Source: Octopus sinensis (taxonomy: Eukaryota). From it: DNA of 64,000 nt. Position 1 is the stretch's first letter. Each line of letters starts with the position of its first letter. Below, piece by piece: positions 52,832-64,000 of the stretch. The stretch covers positions 10,416,001 through 10,480,000 of the forward strand of contig NC_043015.1 in NCBI RefSeq assembly GCF_006345805.1, written 5' to 3'. The translations under genes and the position numbers were made by a program. The notes below the pieces were generated by a model that was not told the DNA's origin, did not search any database, and worked only from the letters and a program-made list of their open reading frames with translations.

Positions 52832-54837
52832 TAGATAGATAGATAGATATAGATAGATGCATACATACATACATACATATATGCACACATACATACATAC
52901 ATACATACATACATACATACATACATACATACATACATACATACATACATCGATAAATAGGTAGATAGATAGACATTCCGTTCGCTGGCTGCCTTGTAGT
53001 CAAAGTGACAAAATAAGAGTGTTCTTGAAAATTCTTATCGGAGAGTAAAAAGTGTGGAGGACACACAGAGAGACAGAGACACACATATACACATACACAC
53101 CCTCACACACACGTCAACAAGACACATAGACACACACTAACACACAGAGAAGCACACATGCACATACACACACACAAACCTACTTATATATATACAAAAA
53201 TGTACGTATTTGCAAATATATGTATACGTGTGTGTCTGAACGTGTGGGTATATACTTTTTAATATACACATTAAGTGATGTATATATATATATATATATA
53301 TATATTTAAATGATTCCGTTTGAGTGTTAACATGTGTGTGAGTGTTTGTGTGTGTGCGCGTGTAAGTGCTTGTGTGTCATTGAATCTACGTATATATGTA
53401 CTGCATCTCTTTTGCGATTACCCATAACTCATGGCAATTGGAAAAATTCTGATGTAGACTTCCTACAAGTATTCTACTGATTAACTTTATTGTTGTAAAA
53501 AATTATCATTTTTTCGAACGTTTTTTTCAACTTTTTTAAAAACTTTACTCGAAATGAAAAGTGCGAAATGTGCATGTATTATTAACACTGTTGTTGACAG
53601 GATAATCACTCCTAGTTCGTTCTGACGAAAAAAATTATAAAACTAGTTTGGTTATTCTACTTCTAAATTAGTGGTTATGGAATCGTCCGTTTTTATACAT
53701 TTATTTTAGCAATACTCATACGTATGGTATAGTGTGCATTGAATTTATTTTTCTTGTGATTGATTATATGCAACCAATTCCTTCAAAAAACTTAATATGT
53801 TGCAGTGAATGAGTAAATATTAGACAGGGTAAAGAGATGTGCAGCACACAAGGTCAGACGTAACTTTGTGATGGGCGCGGCCATATATTGCCAAAATCAA
53901 ACCTGACGAAGTGTTACAATTTAAATGCTGTGAATGAAACTGTTGTATTGAGATTATGAAAAATAGAAGTTTAAAAACATTATTATAAAAAGGTACAGGC
54001 GTGCTTATATGAGTAGGGGATTGCGATATTGGATTTAGTTCCATTGCACGGCACCTTGCGCAAGAGCCTTCCACTAACAGACCTCGGCTCAATAAAGCGC
54101 TAGAGAGCGTATTTGGTATAAGGGAAGTGGAAGAAATCCGTTGTATGTGCCTCTGTGTGTTTGTGTGTGTTTGTGTATGTGTGTATGTGTCTGCCCTCTT
54201 ATACTGTTATTTAACATAACTAATTCAATAGCACTTATGTTGAAGTTTTATAATAAAATGTTCCTCTTTGACTTTCTCACTCACTCACACTTTCTCTCTC
54301 GCTCTCGCTCTCTCTCCCTCTCTCTCTCTCTCTCCCTCTGTTTCGTTCGTTCCTCTAGTGACAATAAATACGTTTACTTCAAAATCAGATCTATTAGAGT
54401 AGATATCTTAATAGTCAGCTCTCAGTGTAATAACTTTCTTCGAAAGTATTCTTGCTCAAGCATAAGTATAGCTTTCAGTGTCTAACGGTCAGTATCTAGT
54501 TGCTTTCCACCTATGTGCTACACAATATGTTATCTATGGGATCAGATATTTCCAGTCAGATAGCACTATTAAAATATGTTAAGACAGAAATCTTTCTGCA
54601 ACACTCAGAATATACTTAAGAGATATTCAAGTGTCAGACCACACATCATTTTTTTTTTCCTTTCGTATATCAATGGCCTTGTTTCCACGCACAATATCGT
54701 TCATTCAAAACACTTCATTACGACTTATATTCCTTAGACTATGCAACATGAAAGTCCAACCAACACAGCATGCACCAAACATCTAGATGTGTAGGTGTTT
54801 ATTTGATAGATATGCATATGCGTGTGTGTGTGTGTGA

Positions 54838-54869
<32 letters not shown>

Positions 54870-54876
54870 ATATATA

Positions 54877-55080
54877 TACTCTTTTACTTGTTTCAGTCAT
54901 TTGACCGCGGCCATGCTGGAGCACCGCCTTTAGTCGAACAAATCGACCCCGGGACTTATTCTTTGTAAGCCCAGTACTTATTCTATCGGTCTCTTTTTGC
55001 CGAACCGCTAAATGACGGGGACGTAAACACACCAGCATCGGTTGTCAAGCAATGCTAAGGGGACAAATACAGACACACAA

Positions 55081-55126
<46 letters not shown>

Positions 55127-55283
55127 GACAGGCGTCTTTCAGTTTCCGTCTACCAAATCCACTCACAAGGCATTGGTCGGCCCGGGGCTATAGCAGAAGA
55201 CACTTGCCCAAGGTGCCACGCAGTGGGACTGAACCCGGAACCATGAGGTCGGTTAGCAAGCTACTTACCACACAGCCACTCCT

Positions 55284-55287
<4 letters not shown>
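54877..55287 (-). mobile_element. Well-preserved composite SINE: tRNA head + internal (TA)n(TG)n + body module
   Basis: Minus head 'gcgcaggagtggctgtgtggtaagtagc...gggttcagtccc', microsatellite, then body ending 'gactgaaacaagtaaaagagta'. Confidence 0.92.
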
Positions 55288-55379
<92 letters not shown>

Positions 55380-56227
55380 ATATATATAATTATTTATTTA
55401 TTTATACGCAAATATATATACGTGTGTGTGTACGTATATATATATTTATATGTGTGTGTGTATATATATTTTTATACGTACACACACATATATATATATA
55501 TATATGTATGTATAAAGATATATGTATATATATGTATGCATAATAATATAAATAAGATATATATGCATATATACATATATGTACATACTTACATATACAT
55601 GTATATACACATGTATATATGTTTAGAAGACATAAAAATTAAATAGCATGAGAAGCGAGAATATGAAATACAAAAAAACATGCAAGACTAATTTTTTGCA
55701 AGCAACGAAAGAAACAAATAGAAAAACGTGACAGGCAACATAAAGAATAATCTCTTCATCAGTTGTCCACTCTTTTATCTACTCCGCATTTTGAGCGTGA
55801 AGACAAGCTCTGTCTTCGCCAAAACAATCGACCCCCAAAGTAAATTAAATATTTTGGGATTTGTGGAGGGACAGTTAAAAACAAATATAAGAGCGGTGAA
55901 GCAATAACCCGATCAATGGGCGTACGCTGGAGAACAATATTTGACAGGAGACAGAAAAAAACGCGTGCTGTCCTTTGTGGCTGAAAAATAAGAAAGAAAG
56001 AAATTGGAGTTAGGAGAAGATGGCCGCTGGGCACGTGTGAGTGACAAGGGAGTCAATGAAGAATAGTGAGGGAGAAATAGAGATAGTGATAAATTCCCGT
56101 ACCCATATATGCGTATATACATATATTTGTAAGTATGTACATGTATGTATGTATATATGTATATATATATTATATATATATATATATAATATATATATAT
56201 ATATATAATATATATATATATATATAG

Positions 56228-56345
<118 letters not shown>

Positions 56346-56399
56346 ATATATATATAGATATATATATATATATATATATATATCATATATATGGTCGAA

Positions 56400-57472
56400 C
56401 GCCAAGCAACCATTTCCAGGCAAAGCAGAAGTCCCCGTAAAACACACTCCAACCATCTCACACTGCCAGAAATGTGAATATGGCATGATGTACTGCTTGG
56501 CATTCGCGCCGGAATCTCCAGTACGAGCATTTCAAAATTTATGGGTGTCAATCTGAGGAAACCGCAGAGGAGCTGGAAAGAAATGGCTGAGCCTAACGGT
56601 GATTACAAAGGTACAGCAGCTCACAAATCACTCTCTGAGACTTCTGTGGAGAAGAGATTTCCTGAATGTGTTGGTGAGATCAAGACAACAATCCTTCCAA
56701 ATCAATCAGGTCCATCGACAGGGACACGGAAGTGTCTGAGTTTCTTATCAGTCAGGTAGTACATGACGCCATTCGGTATTCCTCAAACAGGATGAGAAAG
56801 TGCCAATTTCTATCCTAAGCCATCAAGAACACTTGTAATGCCCGCGCTATGATGCATTTGATCGAACTCCAGCATCCCCTCCAAGTGAACATGCATTGAT
56901 TTTTCTCAGCTGAGGGAAATTCCTGCTAGGATCAGATGGTGAACATACATAACAGCCGTTGGCTTACCGTGTCCCCAAAACATGTACCGAGAGGGATAAA
57001 AATCAAACAGCCAGTCAACATCATGGAGTTTGGAGTGATCACTAGTGATGGCGACGTTATACCTCCATTCATCTTTCCACGCGCTTTCAGACCCAACACG
57101 GAACAGGAGTCCGCACATCACCCCTAATATATGGCCACCTAACTCCCGTGAATGCTTCCCCCTTGATTATTATGTGTGGGGAGCAGTTGAGCGAGAAACT
57201 AACGAAATTTCTTGTAACACCAAAGATGACCTGAAGGCAAAGATTATGTCAGCATTCACCAACTTAAACAAGGAGACCATGAAGAAGAAATGCAAGATTC
57301 CGATGTCGCCTGAAGGCTGTGGTAGAGGGCAATGGTAATTTTATAAATCAATTTAGTTTTTAGTATTTGAAACTACTTTTATGTAATTTTGGTAAATATA
57401 TCCTTTAAAATGAGTTGTCAGTGTTATTTTCCTTTTTGCATTGTTAAACACAAACACCGCAAACCATCTGTA
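56400..57472 (+). mobile_element. Tc1/mariner (DD37D/maT-like) remnant
   Basis: 'KQPVNIMEFGVITSDGDVIPPFIFP', 'WPPNSRECFPLDYYVWGAVERE'; ends ccatctgta-TA. Confidence 0.85.
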
Positions 57473-58280
57473 TAATGAATTATGTATTAAGATGTATTTC
57501 TGTTATCCCTTCGCTAATTTTCTCCAGAACACCAGCATATAAGAGTAGGTTACAACTTTGAAAGCACTAACATCCTATCTTAAAGTAATTTTGGCCTGGA
57601 GCCAAACAGACGCGAATTATAGTAGGGATAATGTATAGGAATGCAATGTCAATATTGAAGAATATATGAATAATGTAGAATCTGATTATTACAATCTTGA
57701 AAGAAAATAACTTTGAAAATATTTTTCTTGTCTCAGACATCCGATTTACCAAGAAGTGTGACAGCCGTTTCTAGTTAACGCGTATTCTCATTGTTCAAAA
57801 TCTTCCATATTTTCCACATGCACGACGCAATCTTCTAAATGCAAATCTTGAAGTTAGGTCTTACGTTAGTACATCCGAACATGGGTTTTGTGAACATAGA
57901 CGGTTACATGTGAAGTTCTTGATATGTGTGTGAAAAGCGTTATGCATCAATACTTACTATACTTGGAGAATAGACAAATTATTATAACACTACACATATT
58001 CAAATGATAATAATACTATCAACTCTCTGAGAATGGAAAGGAAATCGACTTCGGCTACAGTCATTCGACATCAGAGAGAGAAGGTTGGTTCCTAGACACC
58101 GCTAACATAGTTTATATATTTTTAAGTATTATAAACTCCTACTAGCCTACCGATGTTTTCTTATACTACAACGCAATGGTTTCTTCATGAATTTCTTTTT
58201 GTTTAGCACAAGAATATTGCCACATACCAAAGCCGGAAATGAAGACGTTTGATTCAATTCTCCTAGCCGAAGTTACTTAC

Positions 58281-58373
58281 CGAATACCGACACTGGAAAT
58301 CCATTTTCCTCTGATTCATCAGGTGTTTAATTAGTATTGGATGTATGGTCATGGATTGCACCTTTACTTCCCT
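58281..58373 (-). CDS. Candidate 93-nt internal exon, phase 0-0 (unidentified)
   Basis: atttcttttcttag| REVKVQSMTIHPILIKHLMNQRKMDFQCRYS |gtaagt; the other two frames contain stops. Confidence 0.3.
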
Positions 58374-59161
58374 CTAAGAAAAGAAATTACGTTTTCTATT
58401 TTCCAGAGTAGAAAGTATTACATCAATGAACTCTATGTCGTATACAGTCGTATTTGGCTATGTGTAATATGTATTAATTCTGCTCAGAGTCTATTTAGCG
58501 TCAGTTGCTCTTGCCGAGGAAAGCAATTTTAACTCACATGTTTTCTATTTGAATGTTACGCAGATATTATCATTGGCATTCACTATACTTCTCTTCACAT
58601 ACAAAAACATCATCGTGATAGATGAAAGGAAAGGCATAACGTGCAGTAGGAACATTATAAATCTACGGGGAAATCACAATTATAATGCAATCCACTCAGT
58701 ACTGGCTCTCATTTTGTAAACTAATACATTTCCTTTAGGGGTTCAATGTAATAGCTGCTGCGCCCTTTGAATAGATGGTATCGGATTTAATGTTCTACGA
58801 ATATTGTTTTAAGTGCACGATGAATGTTTGTATGTTTGTGTGATTTTGTCTCGTGTTAGATATACAAGTAAGCTAGCCGGTTGTTTGTTTATGAAGCCAT
58901 TCCTTCATATCAATGATTTAATTCGGAATTTAAACCGGTCATTGAATTACATTCGCTATTAGAAACATGAGGTCAGCACATACTACAGCCCATTCGCCTT
59001 AAATGTAGATATACACACAATAATATACAAACAGAATTTTTTATAAGTACACACACACATATATCGATGAATGATGTACGAATATCATAAAGCATACACG
59101 TATAATTAGACACACAGTCACACCCCAATATATATATATATGTATATATGCATGTATATCT

Positions 59162-59200
<39 letters not shown>

Positions 59201-59255
59201 AAAATTCAGGGTGAGTACTTGATAATTGTAAGCAACTGTATATACCATTTGGTGG

Positions 59256-59315
<60 letters not shown>

Positions 59316-59655
59316 TAAGTATGTACTTATGGATACATGAATGTGTGTGTGTGGATGTTTGTGGTATATATATATATATGATTCATGTTTGCATATATCA
59401 TGAGATATACCATTATAGGAAAAGCTCTTAACGGATGGAAAACAGCGATGTCAGGAATGACCGGACATGAAGATGGAAATTAAATGCCACTATAGAATTG
59501 AGGTTTGTGTTATAAAATTGTCCAACGTCTAAAACCTCGCATAACAAGTGAAGTAGTGCTTGTAGCTCTTACATGTAAAACATATAAGAAGACCGTTTAA
59601 CTAGGTCGCGCTCAACGTCAATAGATTCGAAAGAACAAAATATGAGGTGCTTAAG

Positions 59656-59693
<38 letters not shown>

Positions 59694-61067
59694 TGTGAGA
59701 GAGATAGCGAGAGAAAGACAGAGAGATGAGGTAGAGAGTGAGACATACATACAAACAGACACACAGAAAGAGAGGTAATTATGTAGACAGATAGAGATAA
59801 AGATATAGATTTTGTCAAGTGTTGCCCTTCATATGAGTGCTAAGTCTGGAAATTTAATATTGCTACGGTGTTTAACATCAGAAAATCTGTCATAACAATG
59901 AAACGTTTATCAAACTTCTTGCAATTTAGATAAAGGAATAAACTAATGATAATACTTGAAATATAAATATTTGTTATCTTTCTATATGTATCGGTTTTAG
60001 AGTCTCTCTCTCTCTCTCATCTATTTTCCTGTCTCTCTTGCCTCCCTCTCTCATCTGTTTCTCTCTCCCATTACCTCAATTCTCTCTCCCATTCCCTCAC
60101 TTCTCTCTCCCCATCTCTATCAATATAATGTCATGTGTAAATAAAAACTTCAATCAAGAACCAGCTATTTATACTGCTTGTTACGTGCGTTGATATTTGA
60201 GATAGATATTTAATGTGTGTGTGAGAGAGAGCGAGAGAGAGAGAGAGAATGAATGAGTGAGTGAGTGAGTGAGTGAGTGGGTGAGGGTGGGTGAGTGAAT
60301 AAGAGATAGTACGTAATTGCCTTATTTTAAATAATAATGTTAGGGTCCTGGTTTTGTTTGTAGATCTATCTAAGTAAATAAGATATTTCTTTGAAATGTA
60401 ATATTTCCATGTTTGTTTCTAAAGCATGGGAGATATTTTAACACAGCTTGCGTTCAATCGAAACCGTGCAATTGAACACGAAAAGAAGTAAATTTTATGG
60501 AGGCTCACCGCATTGACAGCATTAATTTGGAGGCTGATTGAAATTTGTCACACTTAAATACAATTATCTGAGACGATTTTCACAGCGTGCATTGTTCCAT
60601 AAATAGTTGGTGCAAATCAACAGGCAAAGTGAAGAGTTGCAGATTACTCTTTTTTACATGATTATTGTCCCAGGGTTGCAACTGTCATTTCCTATTTGAT
60701 TACCCTTAGAAAGTAGGAAAAATGGCTAACTTTTCCTTCAAACTTTGCTTTTGTTACGATATTTATTCAAGCACCAAAGAATCCTTTTCACCTCTTCTCT
60801 ATGATGCACACCACATCTCCTCGCATGATTAGTGATTCACATATTTTCGGCCACGAAGAGGCATACACAAATCGCTATGGTCAAGCAAATGACAAGCAAA
60901 CCAGTAGTATTGATGAGTATATTTGCTAGAAGGATATTTCTGCCCCAGCAACTCACCAGTATACCTGCCTGAAATGTAATGAAAAAAATATGTCAGTTTC
61001 AAACCATTGATTTCCAGATAACAAAAGCAAAGTTTGAAAGAATGTTTGAAATAATTGTAGTCATCAT

Positions 61068-61327
61068 TTACATTATTTACATTGGACGGATATTTGCCCT
61101 CATCTTGTTTGTTGTTAACACAACGTTTCGGCTGATATACCCTCCAACCTTCATCAGATGTCTTGGGGAAATTTCGAACCTGGGTTCTCATTCCTAAGGT
61201 ATGTTTCGATGTTATTATTATTATTATTACTGTTGTTGTTGTTGTTATCGTTCAGGTGACTGTTTGGAACCAAATTCGGAATCTTGGGGTTAGTAGCCTG
61301 TACTCTTAACCACTACGCCATATGCCC
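61068..61327 (-). mobile_element. Full-length tRNA-head/(AAC,AAT)n/hammerhead element
   Basis: Head gggcatatggcgtagtggttaagag...ctactaacc..agattccgaatttggttcc; spacer; hammerhead at 61117-61162. Confidence 0.88.
61117..61162 (-). ncRNA. Minimal type-I hammerhead ribozyme motif
   Basis: GACAU-CUGAUGA-A-GGUUG[GAGGGUAUAU]CAGCC-GAAAC-GUU^GUGUU; changes relative to the sister copy keep pairing via G-U. Confidence 0.75.
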
Positions 61328-61329
61328 CC

Positions 61330-61500
61330 GGGTATATGGTGTAGTGGTTATCATTCACCCGTTCGAAATTCCCCAAGACACCTGAAGAAGGCTGGAGGGT
61401 ATATCAGCCGAAACGTTGTGTTAACGACAAACAATATAAGGACAAATATCCGTCGAATGTAAATAATGTACATAATTCCTCATCTCTTAAATATAGAATT
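61330..61500 (+). mobile_element. Internally deleted second copy, head-to-head with 61068-61327
   Basis: 21-nt head (gggtatatggtgtagtggtta) joined to 'gttcgaaattccccaagacac...'; ~110 bp are the reverse complement of 61068-61180. Confidence 0.88.
61377..61422 (+). ncRNA. Minimal type-I hammerhead ribozyme motif
   Basis: GACAC-CUGAAGA-A-GGCUG[GAGGGUAUAU]CAGCC-GAAAC-GUU^GUGUU; predicted cut after 61417. Confidence 0.78.
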
Positions 61501-62281
61501 TGTAGGGAGTTCCTTTAATTTATAGGAAAACGTAAATAGGAAATGACACTGACAAAAACACGAAAGGAAATGTAAATTTAGCTACACAGTGTTATTCTTC
61601 ATTTATTTAAACCCCTTCCAAAGTACATGATTAAGGTCCATGGATATTACATTTCATCCGATTACTAAGTAAAAACAACTTATTAGTTCATATCAGTCTC
61701 CTTATATCTACAATTAACCTCAGGTGGGATGAGCAGCAATACCACAACCAATATCGAATTTTAATACGAAAAATTATATATCAAGCAACAGATCTGATTT
61801 TGTCGTCAGCCACAATAAATTGTCACATAGAATATCCAGACATATAAAATTTTGAATTGATTCATATAAAACAAGATGATGTTTCTAGATTGCTTGGCAG
61901 CCTCGCCGTCAAAATCCTGCGCAATGATGAAGATAATAGCCCGAAGACATCTGAAATAAGAAAAAGATATTATAATGCTAAAATTTAAGATTTTTATTTC
62001 GAGAACTTTTGTTGATATTCATTGTTCAATATATTCGATTTTGTAACCGTTAATTTGATTATCAACGACGTGACAAAATTACAAAACCAGAAAAGATAGA
62101 TGATTCGATACATGCAGACACACACACACACACGCAAATCACACACACACATCACACACACACACTCACGCACACAAATACACACTTATATATATATATA
62201 TATATACAGACACGTCCGCGTAAGGTGAGAAGAAGACCAAAGCAACAAATTCGACAAAAGCAACACCAAACTAATCTTTTC

Positions 62282-62900
62282 CAAAATTTCCGCAGAAGTG
62301 TAGAAGAGAAATTTGAATGTACCAAGAAGACAATTTTACCCTAGGATAGGAGCAGAAATTCTCCCAAAATCACAGTTTTTATCAGCATTTGAAATATATT
62401 AGAATCAAAAACATGGTCATGAGACAGTCAAACTTTGAACCCCTTCGAGATAGACGCCAACAATAATTCAGTTTTCGAGAAATACTTCAAACGTTGAGAT
62501 TTTTACTTTCTCATTTTATATAATATGGTTTACTGATAACAGAAAACACATACGAAGTTGAAATGTTGCAAAACTATCGTTAAAAGTACACAAAATTTCC
62601 GCAGAAGTGTAGAAGAGAAATTTGAATGTACCAAGAAGACAATTTTACCCTAGGATAGGAGCAGAAATTCTCCCAAAATCACAGTTTTTATCAGCATTTG
62701 AAATATATTAGAATCAAAAACATGGTCATGAGACAGTCAAACTTTGAACCCCTTCGAGATAGACGCCAACAATAATTCAGTTTTCGAGAAATACTTCAAA
62801 CGTTGAGATTTTTACTTTCTCATTTTATATAATATGGTTTGCTGATAACAGAAAACACATACGAAGTTGAAATGTTGCAAAACTATCGTTAAAAGTACAC
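62282..62900. repeat. Tandem duplication, 2 x 309 bp
   Basis: caaaatttccgcagaagtgtag starts at 62282 and 62591; I see one substitution (tttactg vs tttgctg). Confidence 0.97.
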
Positions 62901-64000
62901 ATTCCGAGTTCAACTGATGTTACTATTATTCATTTTGCAATTGTTCTTTTGACCTTTATTGAGTCTCGATTGAGTGCAGGCAGGATAAAATATATCCAAA
63001 CCATGTCACATCGTTTTTTATATTTTCCGACAAAGTGTATTCAGAAATATGTTATGCACTATGATCTCAAACGTCCTCCAGCGAGCATATAATGCGTCTT
63101 GTTTTATGCTTCATTTTAGTGCTACATAACGAATTGTATTTTAGAAACCACCCTAAAACTGCACTGAAACCTAATGTAGAATATATAGATTTATTGAAGT
63201 TAATAGTCTGGAAATCTTCAAGCATCTTGAAAGTATGAAAGTGTTCTCTAACTTATAGAAAACTGTATTCATAAGAATATCATATTCAGAATAATTTTTC
63301 GCAATTTTATTTGATGTATTCGTCCTTCCCAGCGAGACGCAATGTTAGTAGGCATTTCATTTTTCCTGAAGTGGATGTAATTAACGAAATGAAATGGAGA
63401 ACAACATATATTTGTATTTAAAGTGTGATTGCTAGAGGTTATGACACCGATTCTCTACTCATCTCTGACATTTGATGTGTGGACTAACCATGCACTTCAC
63501 AGTACATCAATGTTTAGGTAAGTAATCAGGCAAATTATTCAGAAAGCTACAGGGAATTCAGACAAGCGGTGGCTAGATAGTTAAAGAGAAGTCACTTCTA
63601 TGTACTATAAAACATTTGTTAATATCGAACATATTTGCCCATCGCTTTCAACAACACTTGTCAGAAATGGATTATCTGTTGAGGATAACATATCATAAGT
63701 ATCTGATTGACATGTAACATCAGTTAGAAGTTGAAACTGGTGATAAAAGTAATGCAATCAGCCCTTAGCATTTGTAATCGTGTTGCTCTGAGAGTTAACA
63801 GATTAGATCAAAGTAATTTGTTGAAGTATAAAGCTAAATGTAATATGTTCTGAAACGAAATCAATTCCATAACTAGCTGGAAGCCATATTGGTTAATAAA
63901 TATATCCGATAGAAGCAATTATATAATGGAAACAATAGTAACAAACCCTCGAAGTGAAATCCCAGGTTCATTAGAGATATGTACTTCGACAAAAGCTATA

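Noticed and set aside
58296-58325. CUGAUGA...GAAA on the minus strand as another hammerhead
   Set aside because: Only 7 nt between the core motifs, with no stem II and no stem I/III pairing
61255-61327. Possible genuine tRNA gene (also the SINE heads elsewhere)
   Set aside because: Acceptor stem does not pair, the B box is degenerate, and it runs into repeat body; SINE-type head, not a tRNA

Overview
AT-rich, microsatellite-saturated eukaryotic DNA, most likely intronic or intergenic. The SINE families and the TA/CA/GATA/AAT repeat load look like an Octopus (coleoid cephalopod) genome; this is recognition, not a database result. No host gene can be named, and most ORFs in the supplied track are translations of microsatellites. 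The window is a transposon graveyard: several tRNA-headed SINE families, RTE, Tx1/L1-like and CR1-like LINE pieces, Ty3/Gypsy remnants, several Tc1/mariner lineages (DD34D, DD37D-like, DD41D-like), MITE-like foldbacks, and at least four Penelope-like (PLE) fragments. The most interesting signal is a set of six minimal type-I hammerhead-ribozyme-like motifs. Three of them belong to one ~260-bp non-coding element: tRNA-like Pol III head + (AAT/AAC)n spacer + hammerhead tail. It occurs as a head-to-head palindromic pair at 61.07-61.5 kb and fused head-to-head to a PLE reverse-transcriptase fragment at 39.5 kb. That makes it a candidate Pol III-driven, self-cleaving, PLE-mobilised SINE or retrozyme. 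Also notable: a 476-bp tandem array whose copies differ only by single-base deletions, a young GC-rich RTE insertion with a TSD, an inverted duplication inside a transposase, and unresolved candidate exons on both strands. Coordinates of degraded elements are approximate.
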